This document shows, piece after piece, positions 27,001-42,000 of a stretch of DNA of 64,000 nt. The notes under the pieces were generated by a model that worked only from the letters and a program-made list of their open reading frames with translations, ran no database searches and was not told the DNA's origin. This stretch comes from Eledone cirrhosa (Eukaryota). The translations under genes and the position numbers were made by a program. The DNA is taken from assembly GCA_964016885.1 (NCBI GenBank), contig OZ024741.1, forward strand, positions 102,424,001 through 102,488,000. The letters are read 5' to 3'. Each line of letters begins with the position of its first letter. The stretch's first letter is position 1.

Positions 27001-30000
27001 ATTACTGACTGAGATGGCTGGTCATAGAAGGCCAGTGTATAGTGAGGTGGGAGTTATGACAGAAGACATTACTGACTAAGATGGTTGATCACAGAAGGCT
27101 AGTGTATAGTGAGGTGGGAGTTATGACAGAAGACATTACTGACTGAGATGGCTGGTCACAGAAGGCCAGTTTATAGTGAGGTGGGAGTTATGACAGAAGA
27201 CATTACTGACTGAGATGGCTGGTCACAGAAGGCCAGTGTATAGTGAGGTGGGAATTATGACAGAAGACATTACTGAGTGAGATGGCTGGTCACAGAAGGC
27301 CAGTGTATAGTGAGGTGGGAGTTATGACAGAAGACATTACTGACTGAGATGGCTGGTCACAGGAGACCAGTGTATAGTGAGGTGGGAGTTATGACAGAAG
27401 ACATTACTGACTGAGATGGCTGGTCACAGGAGACCAGTGTATAGTGAGGTGGGAGTTATGACAGAAGACATTACTGACTGCGACGGCTGATCACAGAAGA
27501 CCAGTGTATAGTGAGGTGGGAGTTATGACAGAAGACATTACTGACTGAGATGGCTGGTCACATAAGGCCAGTGTATAGTGAGGTGGGAGTTATGACAGAA
27601 GACATTCCTGACTGAGATGGCTGGTCACAGAAGGCCAGTGTATAGTGAGGTGGGAGTTATGACAGAAGACATTACTGACTGAGATGGCTGGTCACAGGAG
27701 ACCAGTGTATAGTGAGGTGGGAGTTATGACAGAAGACATTACTGACTGAGATGGCTGGTCACAGGAGACCAGTGTATAGTGAGGTGGGAGTTATGACAGA
27801 AGACATTACTGACTGCGACGGCTGATCACAGAAGACCAGTGTATAGTGAGGTGGGAGTTATGACAGAAGACATTACTGACTGAGATGGCTGGTCACATAA
27901 GGCCAGTGTATAGTGAGGTGGGAGTTATGACAGAAGACATTACTGACTGAGATGGCTGGTCACAGAAGGCCAGTGTATAGTGAGGTGGGAGTTATGACAG
28001 AAGACATTACTGACTGAGATGGCTGGTCACAGAAGGCCAGTGTATAGTGAGGTGGAAGTTATGACAGAAGACATTACTGGCTGAGATGGCTGGTCACAGA
28101 AGGCCAGTGTATAGTGACGTGGGAGTTATGACAGAAGACATTACTGACTGAGATGGCTGGTCACAGAAGGCCAGTGTATAGCGAGGTGGGAGTTATGACA
28201 GAAGACATTACTGAGTGAGATGGCTGGTCACAGAAGGCCAGTGTATAGTGAGGTGGGAGTTATGACAGAAGACATTACTGACTGAGATGGCTGGTCACAG
28301 AAGACCAGTGTATAGTGAGGTGGGAGTTATGACAGAAGACATTACTGACTGAGATGGCGTGTCACAGGAGACCAGTGTATAGTGAGGTGGGAGTTATGAC
28401 AGAAGACATTACTGACTGAGATGGCTGGTCACAGGAGACCAGTGTATAGTGAGGTGGGAGTTATGACAGAAGACATTACTGACTGCGACGGCTGATCACA
28501 GAAGACCAGTGTATAGTGAGGTGGGAGTTATGACAGAAGACATTACTGACTGAGATGGCTGGTCACATAAGGCCAGTGTATAGTGAGGTGGGAGTTATGA
28601 CAGAAGACATTACTGACTGAGATGGCTGGTCACTGAAGGCCAGTGTATAGTGAGGTGGGAGTTATGACAGAAGACATTACTGACTGAGATGGCTGGTCAC
28701 AGGAGACCAGTGTATAGTGAGGTGGGAGTTATGACAGAAGACATTACTGACTGAGATAGCTGGTCACAGGAGACCAGTGTATAGTGAGGTGGGAGTTATG
28801 ACAGAAGACATTACTGACTGCGACGGCTGATCACAGAAGACCAGTGTATAGTGAGGTGGGAGTTATGACAGAAGACATTACTGACTGAGATGGCTGGTCA
28901 CATAAGGCCAGTGTATAGTGAGATGGGAGTTATGACAGAAGACATTACTGACTGAGATGGCTGGTCACAGAAGGCCAGTGTATAGTGAGGTGGGAGTTAT
29001 GACAGAAGACATTACTGACTGAGATGGCTGGTCGCAGAAGGCCAGTGTATAGTGAGGTGGGAGTTATGACAGAAGACATTACTGACTGAGATGGCTGGTC
29101 ACAGAAGGCCAGTGTATAGTGAGGTGGGAGTTATGACAGAAGACATTACTGACTGAGATGGCTGGTCACAAGAGCCCAGTGTATAGTGAGGTGGGAGTTA
29201 TGACAGAAGACATTACTGACTGAGATGGCTGGTCACACAAGGCCAGTGTATAGTGAGGTGGGAGTTATGACAGAAGACATTACTGACTGAGATGGCTGAT
29301 CACAGAAGGCCAGTGTATAGTGAGGTGGGAGTTATGACAGAAGACATTACTGACTGAGATGGCTGGTCACAGAAGGCCAGTGTATAGTGAGGTGGAAGTT
29401 ATGACAGAAGACATTACTGGCTGAGATGGCTGGTCACAAGAGCCCAGTGTATAGTGAGGTGGGAGTTATGACAGAAGACATTACTGACTGAGATGGCTGG
29501 TCACACAAGGCCAGTGTATAGTGAGGTGGGAGTTATGACAGAAGACATTACTGACTGAGATGGCTGATCACAGAAGGCCAGTGTATAGTGAGGTGGGAGT
29601 TATGACAGAAGACATTACTGACTGAGATGGCTGGTCACAGAAGGCCAGTGTATAGTGAGGTGGAAGTTATGACAGAAGACATTACTGGCTGAGATGGCTG
29701 GTCACAGAAGGCCAGTGTATAGTGAGGTGGGAGTTATGACAGAAGACATTACTGACTGAGATGGCTGGTCACAGAAGGCCAGTGTATAGCGAGGTGGGAG
29801 TTATGACAGAAGACATTACTGACTGAGATGGCTGGTCACAGAAGGCCAGTGTATAGTGAGGTGGGAGTTATGACAGAAGACATTACTGACTGAGATGGCT
29901 GGTCACAGAAGACCAGTGTATAGTGAGGTGGGAGTTATGACAGAAGACATTACTGACTGAGATGGCTGGTCACAGAAGGCCAGTGTATAGTGAGGTGGGA

Positions 30001-33000
30001 GTTATGACAGAAGACATTACTGACTTAGATGGCTGGTCACAGAAGGCCAGTGTATAGTGAGGTGGGAGTTATGACAGAAGACATTACTGACTTAGATGGC
30101 TGGTCACAGAAGGCCAGTGTATAGTGAGGTGGGAGTTAGTCCAGAAGACATTACTGACTTAGATGGCTGGTCACAGAAGGCCAGTGTATAGTGAGGTAGG
30201 AGTTATGACAGAAGACATTACTGACTGAGATGGCTGGTCACAGAAGGCCGGTGTATAGTGAAATGGGAGTCATGACAGAAGACATTACTGACTGAGATGG
30301 CTGGTCACAGAAGGCCAGTGTATAGTGAGGTGGGAGTTATGACAGAAGACATTACTGACTGAGATGGCTGGTCACAGAAGGCCAGTGTATAGTGAGGTGG
30401 GAGTTATGACAGAAGACATTACTGACTGAGATGGCTGGTCACAGAAGGCCAGTTTATAGTGAGGTAGGAGTTATGACAGAAGACATTACTGACTGAGATG
30501 GCTGGTCACAGAAGGCCAGTGTATAGTGAGGTGGGAGTTATGACAGAAGACATTACTGACTGAGATGGCTGGTCAAAGAAGGCCAGTGTATAGTGAGGTG
30601 GAAGTTATGACAGAAGACATTACTGGCTGAGATGGCTGGTCACAAGAGCCCAGTGTATAGTGAGGTGGGAGTTATGACAGAAGACATTACTGACTGAGAT
30701 GGCTGGTCACACAAGGCCAGTGTATAGTGAGGTGGGAGTTATGACAGAAGACATTACTGACTGAGATGGCTGATCACAGAAGGCCAGTGTATAGTGAGGT
30801 GGGAGTTATGACAGAAGACATTACTGACTGAGATGGCTGGTCACAGAAGGCCAGTGTATAGTGAGGTGGAAGTTATGACAGAAGACATTACTGGCTGAGA
30901 TGGCTGGTCACAGAAGGCCAGTGTATAGTGAGGTGGGAGTTATGACAGAAGACATTACTGACTGAGATGGCTGGTCACAGAAGGCCAGTGTATAGCGAGG
31001 TGGGAGTTATGACAGAAGACATTACTGACTGAGATGGCTGGTCACAGAAGGCCAGTGTATAGTGAGGTGGGAGTTATGACAGAAGACATTACTGACTGAG
31101 ATGGCTGGTCACAGAAGACCAGTGTATAGTGAGGTGGGAGTTATGACAGAAGACATTACTGACTGAGATGGCTGGTCACAGAAGGCCAGTGTATAGTGAG
31201 GTGGGAGTTATGACAGAAGACATTACTGACTTAGATGGCTGGTCACAGAAGGCCAGTGTATAGTGAGGTGGGAGTTATGACAGAAGACATTACTGACTTA
31301 GATGGCTGGTCACAGAAGGCCAGTGTATAGTGAGGTGGGAGTTATGACAGAAGACATTACTGACTTAGATGGCTGGTCACAGAAGGCCAGTGTATAGTGA
31401 GGTAGGAGTTATGACAGAAGACATTACTGACTGAGATGGCTGGTCACAGAAGCCCGGTGTATAGTGAAATGGGAGTCATGACAGAAGACATTACTGACTG
31501 AGATGGCTGGTCACAGAAGGCCAGTGTATAGTGAGGTGGGAGTTATGACAGAAGACATTACTGACTGAGATGGCTGGTCACAGAAGGCCAGTGTATAGTG
31601 AGGTGGGAGTTATGACAGAAGACATTACTGACTGAGATGGCTGGTCACAGAAGGCCAGTGTATAGTGAGGTAGGAGTTATGACAGAAGACATTACTGACT
31701 GAGATGGCTGGTCACAGAAGGCCAGTGTATAGTGAGGTGGGAGTTATGACAGAAGACATTACTGACTGAGATGGCTGGTCAAAGAAGGCCAGTGTATAGT
31801 GAGGTGGGAGTTATGACAGAAGACATTACTGACTGAGATGGCTGGTCACAGAAGGCCAGTGTATAGTGAGGTGGGAGTTATGACAGAAGACATTACTGAC
31901 TGAGATGGCTGGTCACAGAAGGCCAGTGTATACTGAAGTGGTAGTTATGACAGAAGACATTACTGACTGAGATGGCTGGTCACAGAAGGCCAGTGTATAG
32001 TGAGGTGGGAGTTATGACAGAAGACATTACTGACTGAGATGGCTGGTCACAGAAGGCCAGTGTATAGTGATGTGGGAGTTATGACAGAAAACATTACTGA
32101 CTGAGATGGCTGGTCACAGAAGGCCAGTGTATAGTGAGGTGGGAGTTATGACAGAAGACATTACTGACTGAGATGGCTGGTCACAGAAGGCCAGTGTATA
32201 GTGAGGTGGGAGTTATGACAGAAAACATTACTGACTGAGATGGCTGGTCACAGAAGGCCAGTGTATAGTGAGGTGGGAGTTATGACAGAAGACATTACTG
32301 ACTGAGATGGCTGGTCACAGAAGGCCAGTGTATACTGAAGTGGTAGTTATGACAGAAGACATTACTGACTGAGATGGCTGGTCACAGAAGGCCAATGTAT
32401 AGTGAGGTGGGAGTTATGACAGAAGACATTACTGACTGAGATGGCAGGTCACAGAAGGCCAGTGTATAGTGAGGTGGGAGTTATGACAGAAGACATTACT
32501 GACTGAGATGGCTGGTCACAGGAGACCAGTGTATAGTGAGGTGGGAGTTATGACAGAAGACATTACTGAGTGAGATGGCTGGTCACAGAAGGCCAGTGTA
32601 TAGTGAGGTGGGAGTTATGACAGAAGACATTACTGACTGAGATGGCTGGTCACAGGAGACCAGTGTATACTGAGGTGGGAGTTATGACAGAAGACATTAC
32701 TGACTGAGATGGCTGGTCACAGGAGACCAGTGTATAGTGAGGTGGGAGTTATGACAGAAGACATTACTGACTGCGACGGCTGATCACAGAAGACCAGTGT
32801 ATAGTGAGGTGGGAGTTATGACAGAAGACATTACTGACTGAGATGGCTGGTCACATAAGGCCAGTGTATAGTGAGGTGGGAGTTATGACAGAAGACATTA
32901 CTGACTGAGATGGCTGGTCACAGAAGGCCAGTGTATAGTGAGGTGGGAGTTATGACAGAAGACATTACTGACTGAGATGGCTGGTCACAGGAGACCAGTG

Positions 33001-36000
33001 TATAGTGAGGTGGGAGTTATGACAGAAGACATTACTGACTGAGATGGCTGGTCACAGGAGACCAGTGTATAGTGAGGTGGGAGTTATGACAGAAGACATA
33101 ACTGACTGCGACGGCTGATCACAGAAGACCAGTGTATAGTGAGGTGGGAGTTATGACAGAAGACATTACTGACTGAGATGGCTGGTCACATAAGGCCAGT
33201 GTATAGTGAGGTGGGAGTTATGACAGAAGACATTACTGACTGAGATGGCTGGTCACAGAAGGCCAGTGTATAGTGAGGTGGGAGTTATGACAGAAGACAT
33301 TACTGACTGAGATGGCTGGTCACAGAAGGCCAGTGTATAGTGAGGTGGAAGTTATGACAGAAGACATTACTGGCTGAGATGGCTGGTCACAGAAGGCCAG
33401 TGTATAGTGACGTGGGAGTTATGACAGAAGACATTACTGACTGAGATGGCTGGTCACAGAAGGCCAGTGTATAGCGAGGTGGGAGTTATGACAGAAGACA
33501 TTACTGAGTAAGATGGCTGGTCACAGAAGGCCAGTGTATAGTGAGGTGGGAGTTATGACAGAAGACATTACTGACTGAGATGGCTGGTCACAGAAGACCA
33601 GTGTATAGTGAGGTGGGAGTTATGACAGAAGACATTACTGACTGAGATGGCGTGTCACAGGAGACCAGTGTATAGTGAGGTGGGAGTTATGACAGAAGAC
33701 ATTACTGACTGAGATGGCTGGTCACATAAGGCCAGTGTATAGTGAGGTGGGAGTTATGACAGAAGACATTACTGACTGAGATGGCTGGTCACTGAAGGCC
33801 AGTGTATAGTGAGGTGGGAGTTATGACAGAAGACATTACTGACTGAGATGGCTGGTCACAGGAGACCAGTGTATAGTGAGGTGGGAGTTATGACAGAAGA
33901 CATTACTGACTGAGATAGCTGGTCACAGGAGACCAGTGTATAGTGAGGTGGGAGTTATGACAGAAGACATTACTGACTGCGACGGCTGATCACAGAAGAC
34001 CAGTGTATAGTGAGGTGGGAGTTATGACAGAAGACATTACTGACTGAGATGGCTGGTCACATAAGGCCAGTGTATAGTGAGATGGGAGTTATGACAGAAG
34101 ACATTACTGACTGAGATGGCTGGTCACAGAAGGCCAGTGTATAGTGAGGTGGGAGTTATGACAGAAGACATTACTGACTGAGATGGCTGGTCGCAGAAGG
34201 CCAGTGTATAGTGAGGTGGGAGTTATGACAGAAGACATTACTGACTGAGATGGCTGGTCACAGAAGGCCAGTGTATAGTGAGGTGGGAGTTATGACAGAA
34301 GACATTACTGACTGAGATGGCTGGTCACAAGAGCCCAGTGTATAGTGAGGTGGGAGTTATGTAGAAGACATTACTGACTGAGATGGCTGGTCACACAAGG
34401 CCAGTGTATAGTGAGGTGGGAGTTATGACAGAAGACATTACTGACTGAGATGGCTGATCACAGAAGGCCAGTGTATAGTGAGGTGGGAGTTATGACAGAA
34501 GACATTACTGACTGAGATGGCTGATCACAGAAGGCCAGTGTATAGTGAGGTGGGAGTTATGACAGAAGACATTACTGACTGAGATGGCTGGTCACAGAAG
34601 GCCAGTGTATAGTGAGGTGGAAGTTATGACAGAAGACATTACTGGCTGAGATGGCTGGTCACAAGAGCCCAGTGTATAGTGAGGTGGGAGTTATGACAGA
34701 AGACATTACTGACTGAGATGGCTGGTCACACAAGGCCAGTGTATAGTGAGGTGGGAGTTATGACAGAAGACATTACTGACTGAGATGGCTGATCACAGAA
34801 GGCCAGTGTATAGTGAGGTGGGAGTTATGACAGAAGACATTACTGACTGAGATGGCTGGTCACAGAAGGCCAGTGTATAGTGAGGTGGAAGTTATGACAG
34901 AAGACATTACTGGCTGAGATGGCTGGTCACAGAAGGCCAGTGTATAGTGAGGTGGGAGTTATGACAGAAGACATTACTGACTGAGATGGCTGGTCACAGA
35001 AGGCCAGTGTATAGCGAGGTGGGAGTTATGACAGAAGACATTACTGACTGAGATGGCTGGTCACAGAAGGCCAGTGTATAGTGAGGTGGGAGTTATGACA
35101 GAAGACATTACTGACTGAGATGGCTGGTCACAGAAGACCAGTGTATAGTGAGGTGGGAGTTATGACAGAAGACATTACTGACTGAGATGGCTGGTCACAG
35201 AAGGCCAGTGTATAGTGAGGTGGGAGTTATGACAGAAGACATTACTGACTTAGATGGCTGGTCACAGAAGGCCAGTGTATAGTGAGGTGGGAGTTATGAC
35301 AGAAGACATTACTGACTTAGATGGCTGGTCACAGAAGGCCAGTGTATAGTGAGGTGGGAGTTAGTCCAGAAGACATTACTGACTTAGATGGCTGGTCACA
35401 GAAGGCCAGTGTATAGTGAGGTAGGAGTTATGACAGAAGACATTACTGACTGAGATGGCTGGTCACAGAAGGCCGGTGTATAGTGAAATGGGAGTCATGA
35501 CAGAAGACATTACTGACTGAGATGGCTGGTCACAGAAGGCCAGTGTATAGTGAGGTGGGAGTTATGACAGAAGACATTACTGACTGAGATGGCTGGTCAC
35601 AGAAGGCCAGTGTATAGTGAGGTGGGAGTTATGACAGAAGACATTACTGACTGAGATGGCTGGTCACAGAAGGCCAGTTTATAGTGAGGTAGGAGTTATG
35701 ACAGAAGACATTACTGACTGAGATGGCTGGTCACAGAAGGCCAGTGTATAGTGAGGTGGGAGTTATGACAGAAGACATTACTGACTGAGATGGCTGGTCA
35801 AAGAAGGCCAGTGTATAGTGAGGTGGAAGTTATGACAGAAGACATTACTGGCTGAGATGGCTGGTCACAAGAGCCCAGTGTATAGTGAGGTGGGAGTTAT
35901 GACAGAAGACATTACTGACTGAGATGGCTGGTCACACAAGGCCAGTGTATAGTGAGGTGGGAGTTATGACAGAAGACATTACTGACTGAGATGGCTGATC

Positions 36001-39000
36001 ACAGAAGGCCAGTGTATAGTGAGGTGGGAGTTATGACAGAAGACATTACTGACTGAGATGGCTGGTCACAGAAGGCCAGTGTATAGTGAGGTGGAAGTTA
36101 TGACAGAAGACATTACTGGCTGAGATGGCTGGTCACAGAAGGCCAGTGTATAGTGAGGTGGGAGTTATGACAGAAGACATTACTGACTGAGATGGCTGGT
36201 CACAGAAGGCCAGTGTATAGCGAGGTGGGAGTTATGACAGAAGACATTACTGACTGAGATGGCTGGTCACAGAAGGCCAGTGTATAGTGAGGTGGGAGTT
36301 ATGACAGAAGACATTACTGACTGAGATGGCTGGTCACAGAAGACCAGTGTATAGTGAGGTGGGAGTTATGACAGAAGACATTACTGACTGAGATGGCTGG
36401 TCACAGAAGGCCAGTGTATAGTGAGGTGGGAGTTATGACAGAAGACATTACTGACTTAGATGGCTGGTCACAGAAGGCCAGTGTATAGTGAGGTGGGAGT
36501 TATGACAGAAGACATTACTGACTTAGATGGCTGGTCACAGAAGGCCAGTGTATAGTGAGGTGGGAGTTATGACAGAAGACATTACTGACTTAGATGGCTG
36601 GTCACAGAAGGCCAGTGTATAGTGAGGTAGGAGTTATGACAGAAGACATTACTGACTGAGATGGCTGGTCACAGAAGCCCGGTGTATAGTGAAATGGGAG
36701 TCATGACAGAAGACATTACTGACTGAGATGGCTGGTCACAGAAGGCCAGTGTATAGTGAGGTGGGAGTTATGACAGAAGACATTACTGACTGAGATGGCT
36801 GGTCACAGAAGGCCAGTGTATAGTGAGGTGGGAGTTATGACAGAAGACATTACTGACTGAGATGGCTGGTCACAGAAGGCCAGTGTATAGTGAGGTAGGA
36901 GTTATGACAGAAGACATTACTGACTGAGATGGCTGGTCACAGAAGGCCAGTGTATAGTGAGGTGGGAGTTATGACAGAAGACATTACTGACTGAGATGGC
37001 TGGTCAAAGAAGGCCAGTGTATAGTGAGGTGGGAGTTATGACAGAAGACATTACTGACTGAGATGGCTGGTCACAGAAGGCCAGTGTATAGTGAGGTGGG
37101 AGTTATGACAGAAGACATTACTGACTGAGATGGCTGGTCACAGAAGGCCAGTGTATACTGAAGTGGTAGTTATGACAGAAGACATTACTGACTGAGATGG
37201 CTGGTCACAGAAGGCCAGTGTATAGTGAGGTGGGAGTTATGACAGAAGACATTACTGACTGAGATGGCTGGTCACAGAAGGCCAGTGTATAGTGATGTGG
37301 GAGTTATGACAGAAAACATTACTGACTGAGATGGCTGGTCACAGAAGGCCAGTGTATAGTGAGGTGGGAGTTATGACAGAAGACATTACTGACTGAGATG
37401 GCTGGTCACAGAAGGCCAGTGTATAGTGAGGTGGGAGTTATGACAGAAAACATTACTGACTGAGATGGCTGGTCACAGAAGGCCAGTGTATAGTGAGGTG
37501 GGAGTTATGACAGAAGACATTACTGACTGAGATGGCTGGTCACAGAAGGCCAGTGTATACTGAAGTGGTAGTTATGACAGAAGACATTACTGACTGAGAT
37601 GGCTGGTCACAGAAGGCCAATGTATAGTGAGGTGGGAGTTATGACAGAAGACATTACTGACTGAGATGGCAGGTCACAGAAGGCCAGTGTATAGTGAGGT
37701 GGGAGTTATGACAGAAGACATTACTGACTGAGATGGCTGGTCACAGGAGACCAGTGTATAGTGAGGTGGGAGTTATGACAGAAGACATTACTGAGTGAGA
37801 TGGCTGGTCACAGAAGGCCAGTGTATAGTGAGGTGGGAGTTATGACAGAAGACATTACTGACTGAGATGGCTGGTCACAGGAGACCAGTGTATACTGAGG
37901 TGGGAGTTATGACAGAAGACATTACTGACTGAGATGGCTGGTCACAGGAGACCAGTGTATAGTGAGGTGGGAGTTATGACAGAAGACATTACTGACTGCG
38001 ACGGCTGATCACAGAAGACCAGTGTATAGTGAGGTGGGAGTTATGACAGAAGACATTACTGACTGAGATGGCTGGTCACATAAGGCCAGTGTATAGTGAG
38101 GTGGGAGTTATGACAGAAGACATTACTGACTGAGATGGCTGGTCACAGAAGGCCAGTGTATAGTGAGGTGGGAGTTATGACAGAAGACATTACTGACTGA
38201 GATGGCTGGTCACAGGAGACCAGTGTATAGTGAGGTGGGAGTTATGACAGAAGACATTACTGACTGAGATGGCTGGTCACAGGAGACCAGTGTATAGTGA
38301 GGTGGGAGTTATGACAGAAGACATAACTGACTGCGACGGCTGATCACAGAAGACCAGTGTATAGTGAGGTGGGAGTTATGACAGAAGACATTACTGACTG
38401 AGATGGCTGGTCACATAAGGCCAGTGTATAGTGAGGTGGGAGTTATGACAGAAGACATTACTGACTGAGATGGCTGGTCACAGAAGGCCAGTGTATAGTG
38501 AGGTGGGAGTTATGACAGAAGACATTACTGACTGAGATGGCTGGTCACAGAAGGCCAGTGTATAGTGAGGTGGAAGTTATGACAGAAGACATTACTGGCT
38601 GAGATGGCTGGTCACAGAAGGCCAGTGTATAGTGACGTGGGAGTTATGACAGAAGACATTACTGACTGAGATGGCTGGTCACAGAAGGCCAGTGTATAGC
38701 GAGGTGGGAGTTATGACAGAAGACATTACTGAGTGAGATGGCTGGTCACAGAAGGCCAGTGTATAGTGAGGTGGGAGTTATGACAGAAGACATTACTGAC
38801 TGAGATGGCTGGTCACAGAAGACCAGTGTATAGTGAGGTGGGAGTTATGACAGAAGACATTACTGACTGAGATGGCGTGTCACAGGAGACCAGTGTATAG
38901 TGAGGTGGGAGTTATGACAGAAGACATTACTGACTGAGATGGCTGGTCACATAAGGCCAGTGTATAGTGAGGTGGGAGTTATGACAGAAGACATTACTGA

Positions 39001-42000
39001 CTGAGATGGCTGGTCACTGAAGGCCAGTGTATAGTGAGGTGGGAGTTATGACAGAAGACATTACTGACTGAGATGGCTGGTCACAGGAGACCAGTGTATA
39101 GTGAGGTGGGAGTTATGACAGAAGACATTACTGACTGAGATAGCTGGTCACAGGAGACCAGTGTATAGTGAGGTGGGAGTTATGACAGAAGACATTACTG
39201 ACTGCGACGGCTGATCACAGAAGACCAGTGTATAGTGAGGTGGGAGTTATGACAGAAGACATTACTGACTGAGATGGCTGGTCACAGAAGGCCAGTGTAT
39301 AGTGAGATGGGAGTTATGACAGAAGACATTACTGACTGAGATGGCTGGTCACAGAAGGCCAGTGTATAGTGAGGTGGGAGTTATGACAGAAGACATTACT
39401 GACTGAGATGGCTGGTCGCAGAAGGCCAGTGTATAGTGAGGTGGGAGTTATGACAGAAGACATTACTGACTGAGATGGCTGGTCACAGAAGGCCAGTGTA
39501 TAGTGAGGTGGGAGTTATGACAGAAGACATTACTGACTGAGATGGCTGGTCACAAGAGCCCAGTGTATAGTGAGGTGGGAGTTATGACAGAAGACATTAC
39601 TGACTGAGATGGCTGGTCACACAAGGCCAGTGTATAGTGAGGTGGGAGTTATGACAGAAGACATTACTGACTGAGATGGCTGATCACAGAAGGCCAGTGT
39701 ATAGTGAGGTGGGAGTTATGACAGAAGACATTACTGACTGAGATGGCTGGTCACAGAAGGCCAGTGTATAGTGAGGTGGAAGTTATGACAGAAGACATTA
39801 CTGGCTGAGATGGCTGGTCACAAGAGCCCAGTGTATAGTGAGGTGGGAGTTATGACAGAAGACATTACTGACTGAGATGGCTGGTCACACAAGGCCAGTG
39901 TATAGTGAGGTGGGAGTTATGACAGAAGACATTACTGACTGAGATGGCTGATCACAGAAGGCCAGTGTATAGTGAGGTGGGAGTTATGACAGAAGACATT
40001 ACTGACTGAGATGGCTGGTCACAGAAGGCCAGTGTATAGTGAGGTGGAAGTTATGACAGAAGACATTACTGGCTGAGATGGCTGGTCACAGAAGGCCAGT
40101 GTATAGTGAGGTGGGAGTTATGACAGAAGACATTACTGACTGAGATGGCTGGTCACAGAAGGCCAGTGTATAGCGAGGTGCGAGTTATGACAGAAGACAT
40201 TACTGACTGAGATGGCTGGTCACAGAAGGCCAGTGTATAGTGAGGTGGGAGTTATGACAGAAGACATTACTGACTGAGATGGCTGGTCACAGAAGACCAG
40301 TGTATAGTGAGGTGGGAGTTATGACAGAAGACATTACTGACTGAGATGGCTGGTCACAGAAGGCCAGTGTATAGTGAGGTGGGAGTTATGACAGAAGACA
40401 TTACTGACTTAGATGGCTGGTCACAGAAGGCCAGTGTATAGTGAGGTGGGAGTTATGACAGAAGACATTACTGACTTAGATGGCTGGTCACAGAAGGCCA
40501 GTGTATAGTGAGGTGGGAGTTATGACAGAAGACATTACTGACTTAGATGGCTGGTCACAGAAGGCCAGTGTATAGTGAGGTAGGAGTTATGACAGAAGAC
40601 ATTACTGACTGAGATGGCTGGTCACAGAAGGCCGGTGTATAGTGAAATGGGAGTCATGACAGAAGACATTACTGACTGAGATGGCTGGTCACAGAAGGCC
40701 AGTGTATAGTGAGGTGGGAGTTATGACAGAAGACATTACTGACTGAGATGGCTGGTCACAGAAGGCCAGTGTATAGTGAGGTGGGAGTTATGACAGAAGA
40801 CATTACTGACTGAGATGGCTGGTCACAGAAGGCCAGTGTATAGTGAGGTAGGAGTTATGACAGAAGACATTACTGACTGAGATGGCTGGTCACAGAAGGC
40901 CAGTGTATAGTGAGGTGGGAGTTATGACAGAAGACATTACTGACTGAGATGGCTGGTCAAAGAAGGCCAGTGTATAGTGAGGTGGAAGTTATGACAGAAG
41001 ACATTACTGGCTGAGATGGCTGGTCACAAGAGCCCAGTGTATAGTGAGGTGGGAGTTATGACAGAAGACATTACTGACTGAGATGGCTGGTCACACAAGG
41101 CCAGTGTATAGTGAGGTGGGAGTTATGACAGAAGACATTACTGACTGAGATGGCTGATCACAGAAGGCCAGTGTATAGTGAGGTGGGAGTTATGACAGAA
41201 GACATTACTGACTGAGATGGCTGGTCACAGAAGGCCAGTGTATAGTGAGGTGGAAGTTATGACAGAAGACATTACTGGCTGAGATGGCTGGTCACAGAAG
41301 GCCAGTGTATAGTGAGGTGGGAGTTATGACAGAAGACATTACTGACTGAGATGGCTGGTCACAGAAGGCCAGTGTATAGCGAGGTGGGAGTTATGACAGA
41401 AGACATTACTGACTGAGATGGCTGGTCACAGAAGGCCAGTGTATAGTGAGGTGGGAGTTATGACAGAAGACATTACTGACTGAGATGGCTGGTCACAGAA
41501 GACCAGTGTATAGTGAGGTGGGAGTTATGACAGAAGACATTACTGACTGAGATGGCTGGTCACAGAAGGCCAGTGTATAGTGAGGTGGGAGTTATGACAG
41601 AAGACATTACTGACTTAGATGGCTGGTCACAGAAGGCCAGTGTATAGTGAGGTGGGAGTTATGACAGAAGACATTACTGACTTAGATGGCTGGTCACAGA
41701 AGGCCAGTGTATAGTGAGGTGGGAGTTATGACAGAAGACATTACTGACTTAGATGGCTGGTCACAGAAGGCCAGTGTATAGTGAGGTAGGAGTTATGACA
41801 GAAGACATTACTGACTGAGATGGCTGGTCACAGAAGGCCGGTGTATAGTGAAATGGGAGTCATGACAGAAGACATTACTGACTGAGATGGCTGGTCACAG
41901 AAGGCCAGTGTATAGTGAGGTGGGAGTTATGACAGAAAACATTACTGACTGAGATGGCTGGTCACAGAAGGCCAGTGTATAGTGAGGTGGGAGTTATGAC